Shown piece after piece: positions 25,760 to 33,887 of a stretch of DNA of 37,849 nucleotides. The DNA comes from a virus (lineage: Duplodnaviria; Caudoviricetes), in IMG/VR virus record IMGVR_UViG_3300016484_000127, positions 1-37,849 of that record; one strand, given 5' to 3'. The translations under genes were made by a program, and so were the position numbers. The notes beneath the pieces are model-generated. The model worked only from the letters and a program-made list of their open reading frames with translations, made no database searches and was not told the DNA's origin. The stretch's first letter is position 1, and the number at the start of each line of letters is the position of its first letter.

Positions 25760-26107
25760 ATGATTATGTTAACTTTACCATACCCGCCAAGTGTAAACAC
25801 ATATTGGGGGTTTAAAGGGTCGCATCGCTTTCTGACTGACAAAGCAAAAGCATTCAAAAAGTCGGTTTGGGTTGCTGTTTTAAACTCACGCCATGAAGGC
25901 TTTAAAGATGCCCGCCTTTCTATCACCGTAAACTTATACCCGCCCGATAAACGGGTCAGGGATATAGACAACATCCTCAAGCCTTTATTAGACGCGCTCA
26001 CGCAAGCAAAACTATTTGATGATGACGGTCAGGTAGATAGGCTCAACGTAATTCGCGGTAATGTTGTTAAAAATGGCATGTGTACTGTCATCATAAATGC
26101 TATTTAA
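25760..26107 (+). CDS. rusA: RusA Holliday junction resolvase
   Basis: LPYPPSVNTYW, PPD.R.RDIDN..K...DAL, DDDGQV. Confidence 0.95.
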   Translation: MIMLTLPYPPSVNTYWGFKGSHRFLTDKAKAFKKSVWVAVLNSRHEGFKDARLSITVNLYPPDKRVRDIDNILKPLLDALTQAKLFDDDGQVDRLNVIRGNVVKNGMCTVIINAI

Positions 26108-26115
26108 AAAATCGC

Positions 26116-26145
26116 TTTACTTTTCCTAATACAATCCCCCATAAT
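26116..26145 (+). promoter_or_regulatory. Rightward promoter candidate for the replication operon
   Basis: TTTACT-N18-CATAAT. Confidence 0.6.
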
Positions 26146-26152
26146 ACTCCTC

Positions 26153-26201
26153 GTGGGCTAGGGTAGCACCCGAAAAGGCGGCTGTTCACCGCCCCGCCCA
26201 C
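26153..26201 (+). ncRNA. Three-way-junction leader RNA (c4 antisense-like candidate)
   Basis: GTGGGC/GCCCAC closing stem; GGGT-AGC-ACCC and GGCGG-CTGTTCA-CCGCC hairpins; begins at the predicted TSS. Confidence 0.5.
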
Positions 26202-26240
26202 ATCTACTACATAGAACGCCTTTAGAACAGAAGGGATTGT

Positions 26241-27005
26241 ATGCATTATTATCAATTCAATGTTGCCGATTATCGAAAAGATACGGCACACCTCACGCCC
26301 ATAGAGCATTACATATATCGCACTTTAATTGATTGGTATTATCTTGATGAAAAGCCTATTCCTCACGATACAGAATGGCTTTTGCGTAGATTAAGATTGC
26401 GCCCAGCCGATGAAGAAACTTTGTTGAATGTATTGTCAGATTTTTTTGATAGGCGCGGCAATGATTGGTTTCATCAACGAATTGAAGATGGAATATCAGA
26501 ATACAAAGCTCATATTGAACAAACGTCAAGGGCTGGGAAAGCCTCTGCAGAAGCTAGAGCAAACAAACGCAATGCTGACGCTCAACGCTCGTTGAACGAC
26601 AATTCAACAACCGTTCAACAAACTATAAACTATAAACCAGAAACTAATAAACCAAATAATAAGGGTACGCGCCTTCCAAAAGATTGGAAAGCGCCTGTTG
26701 AATATATTGAGTTTTGTAAACAAGAACGCCCTGACCTTAATGCCGATTATGTCGCTGATGAATTTAGAGATTATTGGATTTCAGTCGCTGGTGCTAAAGG
26801 CGTTAAATTGGATTGGTTTGCTACATGGCGTAATTGGGTAAGAAACCAAAGAAGCCAGCCAACTATAAAAGCTAAAGATGACCAAGCATGGCGCAACGAT
26901 GATGTTGCGATGATGAAGAAGGCGCGTGAATTAGGCGTAAATACAACCGGCAAATCTCGATTTGAGGTGATTGCCGCTATCGACAAGAAAAGAGGTGCTG
27001 TATGA
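26241..27005 (+). CDS. DUF1376/YdaU-family replication initiation protein
   Basis: YYQFNVADY.KDT.HL...EH..Y..L.D.YY..EKP; C-terminal F.DYW....K.DW.ATWRNW. Confidence 0.9.
   Translation: MHYYQFNVADYRKDTAHLTPIEHYIYRTLIDWYYLDEKPIPHDTEWLLRRLRLRPADEETLLNVLSDFFDRRGNDWFHQRIEDGISEYKAHIEQTSRAGKASAEARANKRNADAQRSLNDNSTTVQQTINYKPETNKPNNKGTRLPKDWKAPVEYIEFCKQERPDLNADYVADEFRDYWISVAGAKGVKLDWFATWRNWVRNQRSQPTIKAKDDQAWRNDDVAMMKKARELGVNTTGKSRFEVIAAIDKKRGAV
26582..26660. repeat. Candidate replication origin inside the initiator gene
   Basis: TCAACG-CT-CGTTGA palindrome, repeated TCAAC/CGTT units, then an A-rich AACTATA/AAAC repeat tract. Confidence 0.45.
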
Positions 27006-27310
27006 ATTGGATTAGCGTAAAAGAAAAATTACCTGAATTTGGGGTTGATGTTCTTGTTTATATGGCTGGGACAAAAAATGTTTATTCAAAAGTAAACAAT
27101 TTAGATTATTCAGAATTTTCAAATTATGAAGCTCAAATTTTATGTATGAGATTATTTCAAAGAAAATCATCAAAACAAGGCTCTAAAAATGGGTTGTATT
27201 GGAATTTTGAAAAAAAAGGAAACGCAATAAATCATAGAAATGAAAGGCCTCAATTTAATTTAATTACTCATTGGATGCCTTTACCAACACCGCCAACGGA
27301 GGCTATATGA
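27002..27310 (+). CDS. DUF551-domain protein
   Basis: WISVKEKLP ... ITHWMPLP.PP. Confidence 0.88.
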   Translation: MNWISVKEKLPEFGVDVLVYMAGTKNVYSKVNNLDYSEFSNYEAQILCMRLFQRKSSKQGSKNGLYWNFEKKGNAINHRNERPQFNLITHWMPLPTPPTEAI

Positions 27311-27480
27311 ATTTCCATCCTACTGACTTTATGAGCGACCAAGAACGCTCTCAACACCTCAAAGACATTATGGCCATGAATGAGCGGATTTGGAAAAACG
27401 CGCCGCGTGTAGTTTATGACCATAAAAATGACAACATTAACATTGTTTGCGGCAAGAAAAAGGTATGGAATGACGACTGA
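27307..27480 (+). CDS. Hypothetical protein
   Basis: GGAGG RBS, ATGA overlap. Confidence 0.6.
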   Translation: MNFHPTDFMSDQERSQHLKDIMAMNERIWKNAPRVVYDHKNDNINIVCGKKKVWNDD

Positions 27481-27754
27481 TAGCTATTACATTGAACAGG
27501 CCAATAAGATACTTGAAAGCGAATATCACACAAGACGTTCGCTGGCCGCGAAGCTAGGGATTTCAAGAGATAAACTAGACAGAATTGCTAGGTCAGGCTT
27601 AATTCCTAAATATCCTCGCAAATTGACTGTTAAACAAGCGGCCAGTATGAGCCGCAAAACAGGCAGTAGTTTCACCAAGTTTAGATTGTGGGGAAGTCCA
27701 ACCACGCCTAAAAAAGTAAGTGAATACGATAAGACAAGAAAGGTATCAAAATGA
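27470..27754 (+). CDS. Basic HTH-like protein
   Basis: TRRSLAAKLGISRDKLDR. Confidence 0.6.
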   Translation: MTTDSYYIEQANKILESEYHTRRSLAAKLGISRDKLDRIARSGLIPKYPRKLTVKQAASMSRKTGSSFTKFRLWGSPTTPKKVSEYDKTRKVSK

Positions 27755-28089
27755 ATGATGAAATTAGTCCTTTTAAGGCTTTAGACTTTATCCGTGACAA
27801 CGCGGTTAAATATGCTCAAGCCAAAGCCAACGTGGTTTACATGACGGAATATCGCAAGACCATGAAAGCCACTCTCATGAATGAAGCATACGAGGCCAAA
27901 ACGCAATCGGAAAAAGAAAGCTATGCCTATGCTCACCCGCGATATATTGAACACCTTAAAGCACTTCAAGAAGCTGTTGCTGAAGCTGAAGCACTCCGTT
28001 GGCTCATGGTGGCCGCAGAAGCCAAAATAGAAGTTTACAGAACCCTAGAGGCAACAAAACGGGTTGAAATGAGGGAGTCAACACTATGA
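27751..28089 (+). CDS. Helical hypothetical protein
   Basis: 112 aa; ATGA overlaps at both ends. Confidence 0.75.
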   Translation: MNDEISPFKALDFIRDNAVKYAQAKANVVYMTEYRKTMKATLMNEAYEAKTQSEKESYAYAHPRYIEHLKALQEAVAEAEALRWLMVAAEAKIEVYRTLEATKRVEMRESTL

Positions 28090-28274
28090 TTGAAACCCCA
28101 TTGGAAAAGTCTAGAAAACGTTGGAAATCAAATGAAATTGAAAAGGTTATTTCATTAAGAGAAAGCGGTATGACTTTTGTTGATATTGCAAAATTATATT
28201 CATTATCCACAGTTCGTATTAGATGTGTATATTTAGAGGCTTTAAGACGCAAAAAATATAGGGAGGGATTATGA
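28086..28274 (+). CDS. Sigma70 region-4-like HTH protein
   Basis: LR.SGMTF.DIA..Y.LS..RIR.....ALR. Confidence 0.65.
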   Translation: MIETPLEKSRKRWKSNEIEKVISLRESGMTFVDIAKLYSLSTVRIRCVYLEALRRKKYREGL

Positions 28275-28414
28275 ACCAATATATTCAAGGCGCATTTTGC
28301 GGAGCATTGATACTTTGTATTTTAATGCTGAATTTTCCAGTAAAAAAAACTTGCGTGGTCGAAATGGGCAAAGGCAACGTCACGCACGTTTTGGTCGGCT
28401 CGTACAATGATTAA
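28271..28414 (+). CDS. Small membrane protein (47 aa; not in the ORF track)
   Basis: MNQYIQGAFCGALILCILMLNFP...; GGAGGG RBS and ATGA overlap. Confidence 0.6.
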   Translation: MNQYIQGAFCGALILCILMLNFPVKKTCVVEMGKGNVTHVLVGSYND

Positions 28415-28958
28415 ACTTGAGATTGATAAAGCCATTATTGAACACGCCGTTTGGCTTGTAGAGCATACTAATTACGGGCAACGCGGTGAAGCCGACGGCG
28501 ATAAACGTCAACAGGTTCGCGGCCTTATTGGTCAATGTGTAGTCATGGATTGTTTGGGATATGCTTTGCCTGAATTGTCCAATGAGCATGACGGCGGGAT
28601 TGATTTGAATTATAACGGCTTGACGATTGATATTAAGACTATGGGCAGAAACTGTGACCCAAAGCCTGAATATGTTAACAATCTGATAGGCCTTCAATCT
28701 CATTTTAATGTTGATGCGTATATTTTTTGCAGTTTGAACCGTGAAGACGTGACTTTGACGATTTGCGGTTGGATACTCAAACGAGAGTTTCTGAAACTGG
28801 CCGAATTTACCCCCAAAAACGGCATACGCCAACGCGCCGATGGCTCAAAATTTGAAACCAAAGCAGACCTATATGAATTAAAAAATAATTGCTTAAATCG
28901 CGTTAAAAACATTCAGGATTTGAAAAAGCAATTAAATCAAGCAAGGTACATGATATGA
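28407..28958 (+). CDS. Putative PD-(D/E)xK nuclease-fold protein
   Basis: G.IGQ....DGGID......IDIKT...DAYIF. Confidence 0.55.
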   Translation: MIKLEIDKAIIEHAVWLVEHTNYGQRGEADGDKRQQVRGLIGQCVVMDCLGYALPELSNEHDGGIDLNYNGLTIDIKTMGRNCDPKPEYVNNLIGLQSHFNVDAYIFCSLNREDVTLTICGWILKREFLKLAEFTPKNGIRQRADGSKFETKADLYELKNNCLNRVKNIQDLKKQLNQARYMI

Positions 28959-29245
28959 CAAAAAATGAAAGGTTACATTATGACAAATTGGCTAGTCTTG
29001 GCTGTATTGTTTGCCGCGTTATGCATTTTGGCTACTCGCCTGCTGAAATACACCATATACGGCATGGAGCTGGTGCGGGGCAAAAATCCCATTATTCGAC
29101 AGCCATTCCTTTATGCCCTAATCATCACAGACTTGGTGGCCACGGCATCGCTATACACGCAGGCCGCCGCGCTTTTGAGGCAAATGTAGGGTTGGATGAA
29201 GTTGGTTTACTTGAATTAACAACACAATACTTGGAGGCATTATGA
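28955..29245 (+). CDS. Ref-like (recombination enhancement) HNH/zinc nuclease
   Basis: GCIVC, PAEIHHIR.G.G.GQK, IPLCPNHHR. Confidence 0.82.
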   Translation: MTKNERLHYDKLASLGCIVCRVMHFGYSPAEIHHIRHGAGAGQKSHYSTAIPLCPNHHRLGGHGIAIHAGRRAFEANVGLDEVGLLELTTQYLEAL

Positions 29246-29361
29246 ACAAACATTTAACAGTAGAACAAATCCGCGAACAAATCCGTGCAAGCATTAAACG
29301 AGATAGCGCTAAAGGGATTTGGATTTCATTTTGGCGGGATGTAATGATTTTGTCTGACTAA
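29242..29361 (+). CDS. Small hypothetical protein (39 aa)
   Basis: GGAGG RBS, ATGA overlap. Confidence 0.5.
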   Translation: MNKHLTVEQIREQIRASIKRDSAKGIWISFWRDVMILSD

Positions 29362-29367
29362 AAATGG

Positions 29368-29402
29368 AAAAGGGTACAAGCCCTCGAAGCAAGTACCCTT
29401 TA
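29368..29402. terminator. Terminator-like hairpin where the two transcription units converge
   Basis: AAAGGGTAC...GTACCCTTT inverted repeat. Confidence 0.55.
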
Positions 29403-29434
29403 AACGACAAAGTCGTCTGCGTGTAAGCAGAAGA

Positions 29435-29614
29435 CTATTTTACAGCTTTCTTGTCTTTAGTCAACACGCCTAACAAACCAGCCAATCCAAGACCAGCCGT
29501 GACGATTGCGTTAAGCAATTCAGGGGCTACGTTTACGCCAGCCGCTGTTGCTAATAATACAACGCCGCGCCATGTTGAAGGCTCGTTTGCTCGGTCTAAA
29601 ATATATTGAAACAT
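29435..29614 (-). CDS. Holin-like membrane protein (59 aa; not in the ORF track)
   Basis: MFQYILDRANEPSTWRGVVLLATAAG...AIVTAGLGLAGLLGVLTKDKK; two hydrophobic segments, basic tail, AAGGAG RBS, next to the endolysin. Confidence 0.72.
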   Translation of the reverse strand: MFQYILDRANEPSTWRGVVLLATAAGVNVAPELLNAIVTAGLGLAGLLGVLTKDKKAVK

Positions 29615-29627
29615 AGGTTACTCCTTT

Positions 29628-30062
29628 TTAAATTAAGGCCGAATAAGTGGCCTTGCCGTTTTTGAAATGCGCTTGTAAGTTTTCTCTACGCATACTTGGG
29701 GCAAACGACAAATGCACCCACGTTCCTTCATAAATCAATTGGTCATATTTTATGTCAGATTTCATAATCGCCCGACAAATCTCAAGCGGCGTTCCGAAGC
29801 CTGTACATACAAAATCAACCGCATAGCCCTGACAATGATGCGATTTTAATGTGCCACCTACTGCTACATTGACAGCGGGGCTTCTGTATCCTGATGTTAC
29901 ATGAATTGCTTTGCCTAACAATTCGCGCACCTTTTCCATATTAAAAGCCGTCATTTTTAGGTTTTCTAGGATTGTCGGCGTTGGGGCGTTGTCTAGCCCT
30001 TTGCGTATTGCTTCGGGTGAAAATGTCATTTCTTCAAGCGTAAAATGCGGCGTTAAATTCAT
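29628..30062 (-). CDS. Endolysin, peptidase M15A family
   Basis: HFTLEE, SGYRS...N..VGG...S.H..G.AVD, WVH. Confidence 0.92.
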   Translation of the reverse strand: MNLTPHFTLEEMTFSPEAIRKGLDNAPTPTILENLKMTAFNMEKVRELLGKAIHVTSGYRSPAVNVAVGGTLKSHHCQGYAVDFVCTGFGTPLEICRAIMKSDIKYDQLIYEGTWVHLSFAPSMRRENLQAHFKNGKATYSALI

Positions 30063-30289
30063 TTATCTACCTTGCTATCAAGTTTGTCAAAAATACGACC
30101 TAACATCTGCTTCACTTCGGCTATATCAACCCTGTAATCCTCTTTGCGGACAAAATCCTCATGAACTTCTTTATTAAGGTCTTTCATATCTTGTCTTAAT
30201 TCAGTCAGCGCATCCCATATAACTTTAAGTATCCAACCAAAGGCCGTTCCTACGCCACCAATCAACCAATTAAAAACTGACTGTTCCAT
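30059..30289 (-). CDS. Lysis-cassette membrane/coiled-coil protein
   Basis: N-terminal hydrophobic segment plus coiled coil; overlaps the endolysin start. Confidence 0.6.
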   Translation of the reverse strand: MEQSVFNWLIGGVGTAFGWILKVIWDALTELRQDMKDLNKEVHEDFVRKEDYRVDIAEVKQMLGRIFDKLDSKVDK

Positions 30290-30303
30290 TTATTTATTCC
30301 TTG

Positions 30304-31578
30304 TTATGTTGGATATACTACATCAATGAGAGAAGTGTTAGCCGGTGCGCTTGCAAATACAACAGCCGTTCCGCTTGTTACTGTTACGTCAGACCCGTTA
30401 CGCATTTTTACGCCATTACAATAAACCTCAATTTTTCCACTTGTGTATGTTGCGCTTGTTGTAAATGAAGTTGTTGAACCATCGGCGGTAAATGTGTCAT
30501 AAATAAGATTTGTCACGCCTGTATTTGAAATGGTTAAAACGCCAGTTGATGATGAACTAACTGAAATGCCTGTGCCTGCGGAAACACTTGTGTTTTTCCA
30601 ATAGCCGTTTGTGCCATCATAAGTAATGAATTGACCATTTGATGCGCCATTGATTTGTGCGTTGCTATCCGTGCCGCCTAAAGTTGAGCCGGCATTGATG
30701 CGAATAAGAATTGTGCCACCGCCGCTAGAGCCGCCGTTGATAACAGCCGCGATTTGCGCTTTTACATTAGGGGCTGATGGTTTTGTGGATGTTAGGCCGC
30801 CAGCAACAGATGGGTTATACCAAAGAATGTCGCCATCGGAATAGCCGCTTGTATCCACATTTCGCAAAGTGCCGAATGATTGCACTAGACCGAAGTCATT
30901 TAAAGCGATTGCTTCTGCCGCAACGCCCATAATGTATGTGCCATCGGTAATGCCTGTTGCTGGTGCGCCAGTAGGAACGCCACTAGCACCAACAGCGCCT
31001 GTAAACATAACCACTTGGCCTTTTGAGATTGCGCTAGATGCCTTGCAATAGAAAAATTGGTCTTCACCAATATGCTGAATGACGTTGCCGCCAATCATGC
31101 CTAAACCAAGCGTGTCGTTTCCATCCCATCCTAATTGACCAGCGCCAAGCGTAGTCGCATAGCTAGTATTAAAATCAATGTAATTGATGTCAGTAATGGT
31201 CGGAACGCCTGACATATTGCCGCTATCATCAACAACCACTACGGAATTTTGAATAAGTTTGCCAGTAGTCGTATCAAATCTAGCTAAAGCATTATCAGTA
31301 GCTGATGATGGCCCAACAACATCGCCCGAACCCGCGCCAGTTTGGTTTACCCAATTTGTGCCGTTATAAACTAAAGATTGCCCATTAGACGGGCTTGTTA
31401 AAGCAACATCACCAAGGCCAGCAAGATTGCCAGCCCCAATTTGAACTACGTTTGTGCCATTGTTGATATAGGCCTTTTTATCGGCCATGTTAACGCCCAA
31501 TTCCCCCGAAGTTAAATCGGAGGTTGTAGGCACTTTTCCAGCAGTATTTGACCGCTTTGGTTTGATGATGTTAGCCAT
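30304..31578 (-). CDS. Virion fibre protein
   Basis: N-terminal IKPKRS...P....L..GEL.VN; GDVVGPSSATDNALARFD.TTGK; G/S/T-rich. Confidence 0.75.
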   Translation of the reverse strand: MANIIKPKRSNTAGKVPTTSDLTSGELGVNMADKKAYINNGTNVVQIGAGNLAGLGDVALTSPSNGQSLVYNGTNWVNQTGAGSGDVVGPSSATDNALARFDTTTGKLIQNSVVVVDDSGNMSGVPTITDINYIDFNTSYATTLGAGQLGWDGNDTLGLGMIGGNVIQHIGEDQFFYCKASSAISKGQVVMFTGAVGASGVPTGAPATGITDGTYIMGVAAEAIALNDFGLVQSFGTLRNVDTSGYSDGDILWYNPSVAGGLTSTKPSAPNVKAQIAAVINGGSSGGGTILIRINAGSTLGGTDSNAQINGASNGQFITYDGTNGYWKNTSVSAGTGISVSSSSTGVLTISNTGVTNLIYDTFTADGSTTSFTTSATYTSGKIEVYCNGVKMRNGSDVTVTSGTAVVFASAPANTSLIDVVYPT

Positions 31579-31617
31579 GTGGCATCCCTTTCGTTGCTAT
31601 ATAGCAAGGGTTAGTTT

Positions 31618-32826
31618 TTAGAATGTACCGCCGTCAATAGTGATGCCGTCAAAAGTCGTTAAATTGACGATTGAGCCGCCAGTAATGTTTACGTTGTTAG
31701 CATCTTGAGCCGCCATAGTGCCAGCATCTGATACTTGTGACAATGTAATATCAATATCAACCGCTGACAAGGCTGTTAGTTGACCTTGAGCATTTACAGT
31801 AGCCTCTAAAGTCTTGCTTGCTGAACCATAAGCGCCAGCAGTCACCGCAGTATTGGTAATGCTGAACTCATTGCCTGACAATGTAAGGCCTGTTCCAGCA
31901 GTATATGTACCAGCGCCGCTAAATTGCGCCCATGTAATAGGTGTTGTGCCTAATGTGCCGCCTTGATTTACAGTACAAACCCAACCAGTATCAGCTTCTG
32001 TTGCGCCATCCTCTACGAATGTGAAAGCTGAAACTAATTGCGCCCATGTATTTGCATCGCTTGCGCGTGTCCACGCGCCACTTGAAGCAACGTAAATGCC
32101 ATTGTTTTGAGCCGCAGTTTGATTTTTAACCAATACGCGGTCACCAGCAGTCAATGATGATGTCCAATCGCCACCAGCTTGAGTATTAAGACCAGTCAAT
32201 GTGATGTTGCCAGTAGTTGTGGCAACGCAAGACTGTTTAACGTCTAGGCCTTGAGCAACGCTGTCAACATAGTATTTAGTTGCCGCGTCTTGAGCATTTA
32301 CAGGGTCAGCCAAGTTTGTAAGATTTTGGCTATTAAAGCTAAATGATGAAACTGGTGAGCCAATGTCATTCAAATTAGCATCTGCGGCCGCTGTTACCAA
32401 GCCTTTGCCGTTTACAGTTAGTTTGGTGTATGTGCCAACATTTGAATTGACCGTTGCTAAAGTCATCGCAATATCAGCATTAGCAGAACCGTCAAAGGAT
32501 GTTGTGCCTGTTGCATCGCCTGATACTGAAATGTCGCGGGCTGTTGCTAGTTTAGTTGCCGTGCCAGCATTTCCGCTGATTGAACCTTGAATTGTGTTGC
32601 TAAATGTTTTAGTGCCGCCGATTGTTTGGCCTGTTGAAAGGTCACAAAATGCGCCTGAACCGCCAATAGCAATGACTTCTGTTGCTGAACCGCCAGCGCC
32701 GCCTGTACCTGAACCGTAGTATAGTACAACCCCAACCTCGTTAAATGCTAACTCCGCGTTTTCCAATGATGCTGGTGCGCCAGCAGAACCCGTGGTACGT
32801 CTTTTAATGCGAATGGTATTTGCCAT
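31618..32826 (-). CDS. Virion fibre protein
   Basis: N-terminal IRIKR...P..L..AELAFNE; ATKLATAR.I, DAATK.YVD, GDRVLVKNQ....NGIY; C-terminal DGGTF. Confidence 0.8.
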   Translation of the reverse strand: MANTIRIKRRTTGSAGAPASLENAELAFNEVGVVLYYGSGTGGAGGSATEVIAIGGSGAFCDLSTGQTIGGTKTFSNTIQGSISGNAGTATKLATARDISVSGDATGTTSFDGSANADIAMTLATVNSNVGTYTKLTVNGKGLVTAAADANLNDIGSPVSSFSFNSQNLTNLADPVNAQDAATKYYVDSVAQGLDVKQSCVATTTGNITLTGLNTQAGGDWTSSLTAGDRVLVKNQTAAQNNGIYVASSGAWTRASDANTWAQLVSAFTFVEDGATEADTGWVCTVNQGGTLGTTPITWAQFSGAGTYTAGTGLTLSGNEFSITNTAVTAGAYGSASKTLEATVNAQGQLTALSAVDIDITLSQVSDAGTMAAQDANNVNITGGSIVNLTTFDGITIDGGTF

Positions 32827-32837
32827 GATTTAAACTC

Positions 32838-33131
32838 CTAAAAATTGCCGCCGTCTGAAATTTCGGTTTGCGGCACGTTATTCCATTCGTTTGTGCCAAA
32901 CATAACCACATCCCGTCTTTGAATATTGCTCATAACTACTGGATAGCCAGCTATATTGTCGTTTCCTGATTTACCTTGAACGCCTCTATTGATTTGAACA
33001 ACCTGTTTTGCAACAGGAGTTACCTCAACATTGACTTTATTGCCGCCTTGAACATTGACTGTAAGATTATTGGCATCTTGAACACTTACATTCGTGTTGC
33101 TGGGAACGGCTGAAACTTTAATACTCCCCAT
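32838..33131 (-). CDS. Small virion adaptor-like protein
   Basis: V/N/Q-rich, GVQG, C-terminal DGGNF. Confidence 0.6.
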   Translation of the reverse strand: MGSIKVSAVPSNTNVSVQDANNLTVNVQGGNKVNVEVTPVAKQVVQINRGVQGKSGNDNIAGYPVVMSNIQRRDVVMFGTNEWNNVPQTEISDGGNF

Positions 33132-33141
33132 GATGCCTCCT

Positions 33142-33627
33142 TTATACTTTTACAATGCCATCAGAACGAACAATAAAGAATAGGAAAATGATATTATCTT
33201 CAGGTGGCGTTGCGCTTGATTGTGGAAAACTGATTTTAATACGGCCTGAAAAGCCAGCGCCATTGACAGAATTGATTGCCATTTCAGTATCGGTATCAAC
33301 CAAGCCCCAAGAACTATCATCAATAACAAGCGTAAATGAGCCAGCGGCATCATCGCGGTTTGTAATAGTAAGAGGGATTGGTGTTGGTGTTGGTGTGTAA
33401 TTCCCAATATCAAAAGAAAGTCCGTAACGGGTATCTTGAACATTGGATAATGTGCGCTGAACTATTTGCGCGTCAATGGTAGCGCCAGTTAAATCTACTG
33501 GCAGGCCACCTTCGTTGGTGATTTCTAAATTCCAGAATGTTTGCTGTTCATAGACTAACTCGCCAGCAATAATTGGATTGTCAAAGCCTGACACTTGCGT
33601 CAGACTGTTTTTATTAAATACAGCCAT
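33142..33627 (-). CDS. BppU-N-like Ig-fold structural protein
   Basis: G.PVDLTGAT..AQI and G.F.L.I patterns. Confidence 0.55.
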   Translation of the reverse strand: MAVFNKNSLTQVSGFDNPIIAGELVYEQQTFWNLEITNEGGLPVDLTGATIDAQIVQRTLSNVQDTRYGLSFDIGNYTPTPTPIPLTITNRDDAAGSFTLVIDDSSWGLVDTDTEMAINSVNGAGFSGRIKISFPQSSATPPEDNIIFLFFIVRSDGIVKV

Positions 33628-33702
33628 AATAATTCCCTCACTCGGTAAATGACGCCCCCGCGCACTTGCGGCAAGGCGAATTATTATCTTGTCGTTTTTT
33701 TG

Positions 33703-33879
33703 TTATTCTACTTCATTGTTTGTTTCTTTTGTCAAAAAATCATCAATAATTTTAACAGCTAATTTTAAAGCTGGAGTTGGTTCGCCATTTTCATTAGTTT
33801 CTTCAGGCGTTTCGCATGATGTAAAATAATTAACCATGTTGTCGCCAATATCTTCTAAAACAATAATAATTCTAGCCAT
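33703..33879 (-). CDS. Small acidic protein (58 aa; not in the ORF track)
   Basis: MARIIIVLEDIGDN...; AGGA RBS. Confidence 0.6.
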   Translation of the reverse strand: MARIIIVLEDIGDNMVNYFTSCETPEETNENGEPTPALKLAVKIIDDFLTKETNNEVE

Positions 33880-33887
33880 ATTTTATC

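Noticed and set aside
26100-26309. Minus-strand 69-aa ORF over the promoter and leader RNA
   Set aside because: It overlaps the initiator gene in antisense and is better explained by the non-coding elements.
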